This document shows positions 55,473 to 64,000 of a stretch of 64,000 bases of DNA, in pieces (position 1 is the stretch's first letter; each line of letters starts with the position of its first letter). The notes beneath the pieces are model-generated. The model was not told the DNA's origin and searched no databases. It saw only the letters and a list, made by a program, of their open reading frames with translations. The stretch lies in the NCBI GenBank assembly GCA_000092065.1, contig CP000591.1; one strand, written 5' to 3'. The translations under genes and the position numbers were made by a program. Source of the stretch: Ostreococcus lucimarinus (taxonomy: Eukaryota).

Positions 55473-57125
55473 CTAAACGGCCATTCCGCCCATTTTGTTC
55501 GCAGCGCCGATCGCCGCCGCGTGCGCCGCTAATACTTCCGACACCCTACCGAGATCGCTAAGTTTGACGTCGAGTTGCTTTTCTTCGTCTTTGTCCGTGT
55601 AATCGGCGCGCAAATCCTTGATTCGCACCATGTCGTTTTCCCACTCTTGCGGCGCGACGAAGACGATGTATCGAGCGCCGATACGATTGGCGTAATCAAA
55701 AGTGCTCGCTACTTTCTTCTTCGGCTCGAGAAGCATATCCACATCCGAACCTCCGGCGCGAATCATCGACGCCGCCTTCATCGCCTTGCCCTGCATGCCT
55801 TCGTTGAACGCGGCGACGACGAACTCGATCGACTTGGGAAGCTCAGGGAGCAATCCTTTATCTTTGAGCAACTCCACGATGACGCAATCGCCGAAGCCGA
55901 AACCACACGCCGGCACCTCGGTCACGGCACCGTACAAAGAGAGCAACCTATCGTAGCGACCGCCACCGCAAATGGCGCGCAACTCCCCGGCGCGGTCGAA
56001 GCCCTCGAAGACGATGCCGGTGTAATAAGCTAAACCTCGCACGACGGATGCGTCGAAAATCAGCCAATCACCGTAGCCGTAATCTTCGGCGAGCTCGAAA
56101 AGCCTCTTCAACTCATCGATGCCGGTTTGATCGGCACCCTCGCCGCAGAGCGCCTCGAGGTCGCTCACCGTCTTGCACGCCAAACACTCTACGATTTTCG
56201 CAGCCGTCTCCGCGGGTAATCCTTGCGTGTCCACGAGCTCAGCCTTGACGGCATCGGCGCCGATTTTGTCCAACTTATCCATCACGATGCACACAGGCGC
56301 AAACTTTTCCGCGGTGATTCCGTATGAATCCAACACGCTCGCCATGACCTTGCGCGAGTTCACCTTGATGCCGACGTCGGCGGACGTGATCCCGATCGAC
56401 TTGAAGAACTCGCACACCGCGAACAACAGCTCGGTTTCTGCGCTCACAGACTTGCACCCGATGATATCCATGTTCCACTGGTAGTGCTCGCGCTTACGAC
56501 CGCGCTGCGTCGTCTCGAAACGCCAGCATTGCGGAATAGAAAACCACTTCAAAGGCAACATCATCGACTGCGCGCGACCGAGTACCATGCGCGCGAGCGT
56601 CGGCGTCATCTCGGGTCGCAACGTCACCTCCACCCCATCTTGGTCCACGAACGCGTACATTTGCTGCGTAATCTCCTCGCCGGCTTTGCGTTTATAAAGC
56701 TCCTGCCTCTCGAGCACGGGCGCGTCGTATTCCTCGAACCCGGTCGCTCGCGCAGTGGCTCGAAACTTTTCGTAAAGCCATCGCTGCAAACGAAACTCTT
56801 CGGGATACCAATCGCGCGTGCCGCTGCACGCCTCGAGCTCGACCGGCGGTGTCGTCGAGCACTGCACGCTCACGACGGCGTTTTGCCCCCGCGAGCGCTG
56901 TTCGGCGGCGGCCGCTTTGGACGCTTTCGCGGCGTCCTTCGCCGCCTTCTTGGCGGCTTTTTCGGCTTCACGCTTGAGAAGTTTCTCGCTCTTTTCACCG
57001 CTCGCCGCCGCGTCCGGGGCGACAGCGGGTTCGTCGCCTTCGGTTGTCATCGCTCGCGACTCTATTCGCGCGCCGTCGATCGAATCGCCGCGGAGTGCGG
57101 GTAAACGCGCACCGACGGATGCCAT
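55473..57125 (-). CDS. HARS: histidyl-tRNA synthetase (class II) with Lys-rich N-terminal extension
   Basis: Motif 1 region GTRDWYPEE, motif 2 VTLRPEMTPTLARM, HisA/HisB regions ...RRYDRLLS.../GGGRYD, and a C-terminal anticodon-binding domain. The N-terminal KLLKREAEKAAKKAAKDAAKASK is WHEP-like. An alternative start MTTEGDE lies at 57050. Confidence 0.9.
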   Translation of the reverse strand: MASVGARLPALRGDSIDGARIESRAMTTEGDEPAVAPDAAASGEKSEKLLKREAEKAAKKAAKDAAKASKAAAAEQRSRGQNAVVSVQCSTTPPVELEACSGTRDWYPEEFRLQRWLYEKFRATARATGFEEYDAPVLERQELYKRKAGEEITQQMYAFVDQDGVEVTLRPEMTPTLARMVLGRAQSMMLPLKWFSIPQCWRFETTQRGRKREHYQWNMDIIGCKSVSAETELLFAVCEFFKSIGITSADVGIKVNSRKVMASVLDSYGITAEKFAPVCIVMDKLDKIGADAVKAELVDTQGLPAETAAKIVECLACKTVSDLEALCGEGADQTGIDELKRLFELAEDYGYGDWLIFDASVVRGLAYYTGIVFEGFDRAGELRAICGGGRYDRLLSLYGAVTEVPACGFGFGDCVIVELLKDKGLLPELPKSIEFVVAAFNEGMQGKAMKAASMIRAGGSDVDMLLEPKKKVASTFDYANRIGARYIVFVAPQEWENDMVRIKDLRADYTDKDEEKQLDVKLSDLGRVSEVLAAHAAAIGAANKMGGMAV

Positions 57126-57181
57126 CGAACGGACAGTCTAGGGTCTAGGACTGACGGAGTCTAATCATTTCAATATCAATT

Positions 57182-59683
57182 CTACACTTTTTGACCGCCC
57201 TTCACCGGGACGTACTGTAGTTCTCGGCTGAGTTCGTCTACGTGCGCGACGAAAGGGTCTTCCAAAGCGTCGAATTGGCTGTCCGCCGACGCGCGAAACC
57301 CACCACAGTTCACCGCGTGTTCAGCCTCGACGCGGAAAACGTTCCAGATCGCCCGCCGGATAACTTCAACGGCGGACAATCCCGTGACGAGCACTTGCGT
57401 CGAAAGATGTCGCATCGGCAAACCCGGGACGGCGGCGAACAAGCCCGCCGAGCGAGCGAAAACATTGAAAACTATCGCGGCGACCCAAACCGCGCGAGAT
57501 TTTACGAGCGAACGCCTCGACAGGAATTCAACGCGCCACTTTGACTCTGGGTTGAACGTGAAAATCGACCAATCCATGAAGAAATCCCAATAAAGCGAGT
57601 AACACACGCTCGACGCCGTCGCGATATAAGCGACGATCCATGGTGGAGAGCTGTGATTGTCGCTCTGGCTCGATCGCAAAGCCCAGAAGCGAAGCCAAAT
57701 CGCGACTATGGAGCAGCCATACTTTCCGGCGTTTAGTAAGTGCGTCGACAACGCCCCGCCTCGTTTGTGCACCACAGAGTCTCTCGCCCGGCGAAAGCTC
57801 TGAATGAACCGCCAGTAGTGCGGAATCGTCGCCGCGATGACGCGAGTCGACGCCGTTTCGGATGCCAAGTGGAACGTGATCATCAAATCCGCAATCGCCG
57901 TGGACTGCGACGTGAGCTGATCGGCTATGAAGAAGTCTGGAAAAACCACATTCGTCCACGGAGTACTCATGATTCGCATCACGTGGCGTCCGATGAATCT
58001 TCGGGTCGTCATCGGGGGCTGGATAAACCAATATCGTGGATTGTCAGCCCATTCCCACGATGCCGGCACGGGCACGGCGAACGCGATGAAAAGCGCCATC
58101 GTTAGAGGTTTGACCCATTGCGTGTTCGCGTTTCCCGACGACCACAACACGGTGCTCGTCGTCAAAATGATGACGAAACAAATCCACGGCAGCACGGTAG
58201 CGATGATGGCGTACTCTGCTCGTAAACCCGTCTTACCGGCGCTCCGAAAGAAGATCAGCTCCCAGTGTACCATCAGCTTTTGCCAAACGTACACGGTGGG
58301 TCCCCACAACAGCGATTGCCCGAAAACCAGCATGGCGCCGCGAAGGGTGACAAACGCCGCCAATTCTCTCCGGCACCTATCGTCAGTGGACTGCAGACCG
58401 CACGAAACGACGAGGTACCACAGTGGAATGAGCAATGCTGGAAATGCGATACCCCAGAAGAATCCGCCGGTGAAGTAGAGAATCGGATTATCAGGCGAAT
58501 CTCGGTCCAAGTTGACCTTGGTGCCGTCGTCTTTGATGCGGTTGCCCGTACTGCGAAGCTTTTCTAGTAGTTCCACGCGTTCCTTTCGGCGAAGCGTCGC
58601 GAACGATTGCGTTCGAGTATTGAAGCGCACGAGACCGGTTTTCGTAGCCTCTATGCGGCGAATCAACGCGTGGCAGGTTAGAAACGCTTCTTCGCAAAGC
58701 TTCGCCATGGTCTTGCACTGAAACGTTGACTCTTTCAAGTCTGGCCAAAACGCGAGCTCATCGCACGTGGTACAGTATATACCGCTCGTCCGCGTGCCGG
58801 CTTCTTTATCCATTTTCTTCGTAATCTTGCGAATCGCCACGGCGTTCAGCGTGCTAAAGTTCTGAATCATGCACACGGAGTAGTAAATTTCTTTAATGTC
58901 GTGCAAGAGCGCTTTCACCGTCGTCTCTCGCGACTTCGCCGTCGACGAGGACGTATTTGTATCCACCAGCGCCTGTGCCGCGCGCTTCGCCGCCGCTTCA
59001 GACGAATCCGTAATTTTATCCTTCTCTTTGTACTTTGAGAAGAGAGCATGCAAGTCCGTACCAGAAGTCGTGGAAAGGGAGCCGTGGCGCGAGTGACGCC
59101 CTCCGGCCCTCACTGGTTTGATCTCCGTCTCGCCGCCTTGATCGACTTCGGCTTCAGATTCTCTCGGGCTCACGACTGGGGTCGCCACGTTCAAAGACGC
59201 GTCGATGACCTCAACGCGCTTTAAAGCCGTCGCGAGTGCCTTCGCTTGCATTTCGACGAGCGTCTCATAAAACGAGTTGCACCTGTTCGCCTGCACGTCC
59301 AGCGCTTGGTAAAATCTCACCAGCACTTCCGCAACGCCGTTTCCGTTGTCTTGCAGCGTGCTCTTCACCGCGAGCATGGGTTCGTAATCCATCCCGAGCG
59401 CGTCCCACAGCGTTTCCAGCGCTTCGCGCTCCCCCGGCGTCTTTTCAATTTCCACGAGCTCGGTCGTCAGCGTCGGCGCGTTGGCGTATCGATTCCACTG
59501 CGTCTCGTCCACGCTGTCTCGTCCCCGATAGTCGTCGTCCGCCGACGTCGTCCCGGCCGGAGCTTCGAGCTCGCGTATGCGCTTTTGTTCCGTCACGAGC
59601 GTCTTGAGCTGCTCGTAGTCGATGTACATCGTGTGCCACTCGCCGACCCGGTAGCGGTTGAGCGTCTTACTGAAACCAACCAT
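57182..59683 (-). CDS. SPX-EXS protein (PHO1/XPR1-family phosphate exporter)
   Basis: N-terminal SPX: MVGFSKTLNRYRVGEWHTMYIDYEQLK (MKFGK...EW...YIDY.LK). Multi-TM core and C-terminal EXS domain with LYWDFFMDWSIF (WDxxMDWG/S hallmark). Confidence 0.85.
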   Translation of the reverse strand: MVGFSKTLNRYRVGEWHTMYIDYEQLKTLVTEQKRIRELEAPAGTTSADDDYRGRDSVDETQWNRYANAPTLTTELVEIEKTPGEREALETLWDALGMDYEPMLAVKSTLQDNGNGVAEVLVRFYQALDVQANRCNSFYETLVEMQAKALATALKRVEVIDASLNVATPVVSPRESEAEVDQGGETEIKPVRAGGRHSRHGSLSTTSGTDLHALFSKYKEKDKITDSSEAAAKRAAQALVDTNTSSSTAKSRETTVKALLHDIKEIYYSVCMIQNFSTLNAVAIRKITKKMDKEAGTRTSGIYCTTCDELAFWPDLKESTFQCKTMAKLCEEAFLTCHALIRRIEATKTGLVRFNTRTQSFATLRRKERVELLEKLRSTGNRIKDDGTKVNLDRDSPDNPILYFTGGFFWGIAFPALLIPLWYLVVSCGLQSTDDRCRRELAAFVTLRGAMLVFGQSLLWGPTVYVWQKLMVHWELIFFRSAGKTGLRAEYAIIATVLPWICFVIILTTSTVLWSSGNANTQWVKPLTMALFIAFAVPVPASWEWADNPRYWFIQPPMTTRRFIGRHVMRIMSTPWTNVVFPDFFIADQLTSQSTAIADLMITFHLASETASTRVIAATIPHYWRFIQSFRRARDSVVHKRGGALSTHLLNAGKYGCSIVAIWLRFWALRSSQSDNHSSPPWIVAYIATASSVCYSLYWDFFMDWSIFTFNPESKWRVEFLSRRSLVKSRAVWVAAIVFNVFARSAGLFAAVPGLPMRHLSTQVLVTGLSAVEVIRRAIWNVFRVEAEHAVNCGGFRASADSQFDALEDPFVAHVDELSRELQYVPVKGGQKV

Positions 59684-60007
59684 CGCGAGCTGTCGTTATT
59701 AATCTATCGCGTTCGCCCCCGTCTCGCGTTCGCGCGCGCCATCACCTCAGCGCGCGCGAAAATGGAGCCCCCCGTTGAGGCGGCGGCCCCCCGTTCAAAG
59801 CGGCACCGTCGATTCGAGACTCGCTCTTTCATCACGTCGCGTCGCGTCACTACGGCGATCGCGTCGCGACGCGTCGGCGCGAAACGTCGCGCGCGCGGTG
59901 CGACGGGCGCGGGACGATCATCGCGCGCGCGTCGCGCGCGTCCGTTCGCGCGCGCGTGAAGGCGCGGAAAACCAAAAGACACACCGTTCGAGCGACGACG
60001 TTGGAAT

Positions 60008-63000
60008 ATGCGGGAACGTGCGGTGCGGGCGACGCCGCGCGCGGGGCCGTCGACGTCGACGCGGCGGCTGAAATCGTCGACGCCGTCACGCGCGTCCATC
60101 GTGCGACGCGCGCGAGGGAAAGGCGACAAGGACGATGCGTCGACGCCGACGTCCTCGACGCCCGACCCAGAAGAGTTGAAACTGGCGTTGGCGCGCGCGA
60201 GGACGCGCTTGGAGCGGTCGCGAAAGGGTCTGCCGGCGTTGGTCGAAGAGAACGAGAGCGAGGGTTTCACGTCCGATGAAGTCGTCGAGGAGTCGTCGAC
60301 GGCGGAAAACGGCGACTTGCGAAGAATCGTGTCGGACTGGTTTGGCGCGGTCGGAGGCGTCTTTGACTCGCTGAACTCCGACGACGAGGCGATGGACGCG
60401 AGAGACGAGAATCCCGCCATCGCGGCGCAAGATGATGCGTCGTCGTCGCGTGATGACGACGAAGACTCTTCGGCGCCCGTCGAGGCGGGCGGATGGTTTC
60501 GATGGAAGAGTCCATGGCGGGTGAGTGGAGTGGGCGAGTCCATCGCTACGGCGACGTCGTCGTGGATGCCGAACAAGAGTGTAGACGGTGATGGAAGCTT
60601 CGTAGTGAACACCGACGCAATCGGAGTCTCAACAGCGAGCGATGGAGCGTCATCGTCTTCAAGCGATCGAGGAGTCGAGCCGACGAACTTGCTCGAGCGC
60701 GTGCCGTTGCCGCCGTGGATTCGGCAACGCGTGGACGGTTCGAGTGATGGTGATTCATCCTCAGACGACGAGGAAGATGATGAAATGGCGTACGACACGA
60801 CGATTTCGAACGAGAACGTCGGTAGTGCGATTCGTGATGCGAGCGAGACGGCGGTGAGCGTGACGACAGCGGCGGTGGAAAAGTTGAATTCTGCGCTTCT
60901 CGGTATTGAAACCGTGGAGAAGAGCGCGGTGAAGGATGGAAGGTTTGAAAACAACGCTTCTGCACTCAAAGCGTTGCAAGAGTCGCTACGAGATGCACGT
61001 GCTTCTGCAAAAGAAGCGCGCGAGGCGAGCCAAAGTCTCGAAGAAGCCGTGCGCGAAGTGAGTCGCGCGCAAGAAGCGCTTCGAGCAGAGGGCGATTTGA
61101 AAAAAGAAGAAGCGATCAAGGCTCTTGAGGCTGCCAAGGCGGCTGTCATCCGACAAGCGACGAGCTCGAACGCGGCCGTCGCAGATGCGCTCCGGCAGGT
61201 GTCATACGTCGCCACTCGAGTCGAGAAACTGGGCTCATGGACGCTCGAAGACGACGGCGAGGCGTCGTCACGCGCACTCGACACTAGCAAGGCGCAAAAA
61301 CGCGGGGTTCGTCGAGGCCTGATGGGCGCGATCGCTAGCGCGCGTGAGAGTGCTCAAGACGCGCTCGTAGCGTCAGAACTCACGCAGACGGTCTCAAGGC
61401 TGGCTTCATTGGCCACGCAGCGCGGAGACGGCAAATCGAAGAAGTCGGAAGAGCTGAGCGAAATGGTCAAGCCCGCGCTGCAACGAGTCGTCGCGAACTC
61501 GCTCGTACCTGTCGAGAGCGACATTGAGATTGGCAGTGCGAGATTGGCGTGTTCGCTCGCGGCTTGGGTGTACTACTTACCGCAAATGCAACACGCGTTG
61601 CCTCGCAACGGTTTGAAGTTGATCACGTCATCGTTGGACGTCGAAGAAATCATTCCGTCCACTGAATTTCGCGCGGGCAAATCGCTCTTGGAGGAATCTG
61701 CGTGGCGTGCTGAACAGGCGGTTGAGGAAGCCGTAGTCGCGGCTCGAGTGGCTGCGAGTAAAGACGCCAAGCTGGAAATCGCCGCATCGAAAGCTGCAGC
61801 CGAGTCTGCCGAGCTCGCGGCGCAGGCTCTGAAGCTCGCGGCTGAATTACGCTCTCAGGACGCCCAGGACGAATCGACTAGACTCAAAGCCAGAAAGACG
61901 GCGCGAGCGGCGAAAGCGCTCGCCGTCGAGGCGCAGAAGAAGTTGGACGAAGCGAGTGCGATTGCCGAACGGAACAAGCGCAAGTTGAAAAAGTGGGCCA
62001 TGCAGCGCGAGCTCGCGGATCTTCAGTCGCAAATGCAACAAACGGTGATCGAACAACAGCGGAAAGTCGAAGCCGAGCGCGTGAGACAAGAGCGAGCAGA
62101 AAATGCATCCCTCCCTGTGAACTTTTGCGTCGCCGCACAAGACGACACCGCGACGCTGTGGGTCGTCGTCGAGGGCTCTACGAACTTTGCGAGCTGGCAA
62201 GCAAACTTGACCTTTCAACCCGTGACGTTTGAAGATCCCGCTCTCGGTGTGGAAGTTCATAGAGGCGCTTACACGGCGGCGAAGACGATGTACCGTCGAA
62301 TCGAGAAAGCAGTCAAAGAGCACGTCGCAAAGCACGGCGCGCGAGCGCGAGTGCGAATCACCGGACATTCGATCGGTGGATCGATCGCGATGATCATCGC
62401 GATGATGCTCCTCGTGCGAAACGGCGCACCTCGCTACGCCATAGCCGACGTCTGGGCGTTCGGCGCGCCGTACGTCATGACTGGCGGCGAAGCGCTCATG
62501 ACTCGACTCGGATTACCTCGTTCGTTTATTCGAATGATCATGATGGGCGACGATGTCGTGCCGCGCTCATTCTCGTGCTATTATCCGCAGTGGGCGCGCC
62601 GAGTGTTAGACAACGCGCCTGGGCCGTTCAACGTCAACACTTCTACGGCGAATTTTTTGGACGAGCAGATGTTTTATACGCCGATGGGTGACTTGTACGT
62701 GCTGCAGGCGAACAACGGTTCTGAACACCCGCTTCTGCCGCCGGGACCCGGTCTTTACATCCTCGACGGCGACGGCGTGTACGAGATGCTAGCGACGCGC
62801 GCGCGATTGGGCGAAAACGAAGACGGCGATGATGAGTCGTGGTTGAATCGTCGCCCTTCGAGCAAGCATTGGGACGAGGCGGCGGCGTACGACGTGGACG
62901 GAGACTTCTCTTCGTCCGAGGATGAGAAAGCGAACAAACTTCGAATGCATCAGCTCGCGTGTTTGACGCAATCAGACGCCGCCCTCACGGCTTCGCTCAT

Positions 63001-63301
63001 CATCAGTCACATCAAGCAAGACGAATTGCTCCCGAGCGAAGGCGGCATTGCGGAGGTGTTGAATCAGCGAGGGCGAGACGCCGCACAAAGAGTGTTGTTC
63101 AATAGCCCGCATCCTCTGAGTATTCTCAGCAAACCCGACGCGTACGGCGACGCGGGCATCATAAGTCGCCATCACAATCCGTTTCAATACGCGAAGAGTC
63201 TTTCTCTGTCGCGAAAACGGAAGCCTGGCGTCGCCGATCTGATTTCTAGCCTACCGAAAAAAAGCATCGACGGCGCGCCAGCGAGTGGCGGTCCGAGATG
63301 A
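60008..63301 (+). CDS. lipase class 3 (alpha/beta-hydrolase) with long N-terminal coiled-coil/acidic region
   Basis: Lipase_3 core GVEVHRGAYTAAKTMYRRIEKAVKEHVAKHGARARVRITGHSIGGSIAMIIAMML (GHSxGG nucleophile elbow) with downstream Asp/His region. The ~650 aa ahead of it are Ala/Glu/Lys-rich coiled coil and acidic stretches. The N-terminus MRERAVRATPRAGPSTSTRR may be a transit peptide. Confidence 0.7.
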   Translation: MRERAVRATPRAGPSTSTRRLKSSTPSRASIVRRARGKGDKDDASTPTSSTPDPEELKLALARARTRLERSRKGLPALVEENESEGFTSDEVVEESSTAENGDLRRIVSDWFGAVGGVFDSLNSDDEAMDARDENPAIAAQDDASSSRDDDEDSSAPVEAGGWFRWKSPWRVSGVGESIATATSSWMPNKSVDGDGSFVVNTDAIGVSTASDGASSSSSDRGVEPTNLLERVPLPPWIRQRVDGSSDGDSSSDDEEDDEMAYDTTISNENVGSAIRDASETAVSVTTAAVEKLNSALLGIETVEKSAVKDGRFENNASALKALQESLRDARASAKEAREASQSLEEAVREVSRAQEALRAEGDLKKEEAIKALEAAKAAVIRQATSSNAAVADALRQVSYVATRVEKLGSWTLEDDGEASSRALDTSKAQKRGVRRGLMGAIASARESAQDALVASELTQTVSRLASLATQRGDGKSKKSEELSEMVKPALQRVVANSLVPVESDIEIGSARLACSLAAWVYYLPQMQHALPRNGLKLITSSLDVEEIIPSTEFRAGKSLLEESAWRAEQAVEEAVVAARVAASKDAKLEIAASKAAAESAELAAQALKLAAELRSQDAQDESTRLKARKTARAAKALAVEAQKKLDEASAIAERNKRKLKKWAMQRELADLQSQMQQTVIEQQRKVEAERVRQERAENASLPVNFCVAAQDDTATLWVVVEGSTNFASWQANLTFQPVTFEDPALGVEVHRGAYTAAKTMYRRIEKAVKEHVAKHGARARVRITGHSIGGSIAMIIAMMLLVRNGAPRYAIADVWAFGAPYVMTGGEALMTRLGLPRSFIRMIMMGDDVVPRSFSCYYPQWARRVLDNAPGPFNVNTSTANFLDEQMFYTPMGDLYVLQANNGSEHPLLPPGPGLYILDGDGVYEMLATRARLGENEDGDDESWLNRRPSSKHWDEAAAYDVDGDFSSSEDEKANKLRMHQLACLTQSDAALTASLIISHIKQDELLPSEGGIAEVLNQRGRDAAQRVLFNSPHPLSILSKPDAYGDAGIISRHHNPFQYAKSLSLSRKRKPGVADLISSLPKKSIDGAPASGGPR

Positions 63302-63660
63302 GCGGTGAAGCCTGTGGAGTAGAATTGCGAGTAATAGGAAATGTAGCGATGAATGCGAAACGATACGGCGCACGCGCGAGAGTATATGTGCATGAAACGA
63401 AGCGCGCGACGCCTCGTCGCGCCGGGACGCGAGCGTCACAGTGCCGTTTCTCGAGCGTTTTTTAGGCGTTTTCTCGTTTGCGCGATGTGACATTCGCGGG
63501 CGAGCGCGTGAAGATACACATGCGCGAACCACACGGGGATCGCGAATGAACGATCGCGGGCTAAAAATAGAAGAAACAGGAATGCAAAAAGATTCACCCA
63601 CGTCGCCGTCGACGTCCCGCGTCGTCTCCCAGCGCGTCGCCCCTCGAACGCGCCTCCCTG

Positions 63661-63700
63661 AAACTAGGGTTAGAAACTAGGGCTGAAAACTAGGGTTAGC
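63661..63700 (+). repeat. telomere-adjacent degenerate repeats (GAAACTAGGGTTA-like 13-mer x3)
   Basis: gaaactagggtta / gaaactagggctg / aaaactagggtta lie 155 bp proximal to the telomere array. Each has a TAGGGTT core related to the telomere unit. Confidence 0.5.
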
Positions 63701-63854
63701 AGTGTCTCTGGAACATGACGCTTTCGGCGCCCTGAAAGTTGCGCGAGTAAAGGAGTCACCAAAACCACTACACTGGCGGTCGACGACGCTGGAATTTTGC
63801 GTACACGCATGAAACACGCATTTGCATCTGTGTACGCGCGCGTTTCGCGGCTTT

Positions 63855-64000
63855 TTTAGGGTTTAGGTTTAGGGTTTAGGGTTTAGGGTTTAGGGTTTAG
63901 GGTTTAGGGTTTAGGGTTTAGGGTTTAGGGTTTAGGGTTTAGGGTTTAGGGTTTAGGGTTTAGGGTTTAGGGTTTAGGGTTTAGGGTTTAGGGTTTAGGG
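63855..64000 (+). repeat. telomere array (TTTAGGG)n, ~21 copies, truncated by window end
   Basis: Perfect tandem tttaggg units from 63855, with one tttagg variant at 63862, to the last base of the window. The G-strand runs 5'->3' toward the end, as expected for a right-hand chromosome terminus. Confidence 0.95.

Overview
Overall: this window reads as the terminal ~64 kb of a chromosome arm from a very GC-rich (~65-70% by eye), extremely gene-dense, intron-poor eukaryote. The evidence is as follows. The 3' end of the window carries a (TTTAGGG)n plant/green-algal-type telomere array, about 21 copies, from ~63855 to 64000. The gene content is eukaryotic and plant-lineage flavoured, including phytepsin with a plant-specific insert, PHO1/XPR1, a TRB-like telobox protein, a plant-type LRR protein and APC11. 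Coding density is ~40 genes in 64 kb. A picoprasinophyte green alga of the Mamiellales such as Micromonas is my inference, not a database result.

I can support about 39 protein-coding genes. Most are single-exon, with intergenic spacers often only 45-300 bp. Six genes contain one short predicted intron each (81-201 nt). Two predicted introns have GTGCGCGCGCGACGCGA and one GTGCGTGCGCGACGCG near the 5' end; all six have an (A/C)TGACG branch-like motif 20-45 nt before the 3' AG. Each intron was found because a conserved protein family alignment (syntaxin-5, NDK, eL28, eIF3L, TRB Myb domain) was interrupted at exactly that point.

I found no rRNA genes, convincing tRNA genes, CRISPR arrays or transposons. 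Repeats are limited to short microsatellites, mostly in divergent promoters, and the telomere with a few telomere-like variant repeats. The ORF track uses alternative start codons (GTG/TTG), so several listed ORF starts are not ATG. I moved starts to the first ATG where homology supports it.

Prediction limits: ORFs on the opposite strand of real genes are mostly Arg/Ala-rich GC artefacts and I ignored them.

The more unusual observations:
- A canonical EF-hand pair inserted into a SulP/SLC26 anion transporter.
- A (His-Asp)n coding microsatellite inside the saposin-like insert of an aspartic protease.
- A telobox Myb / H1-like-tail protein gene near the telomere, plus a telobox motif (AAACCCTAAA) in the intron of the ribosomal protein eL28 gene.
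- A 1590-aa tricorn-like S41 protease.
- The shared intron sequence signature described above.
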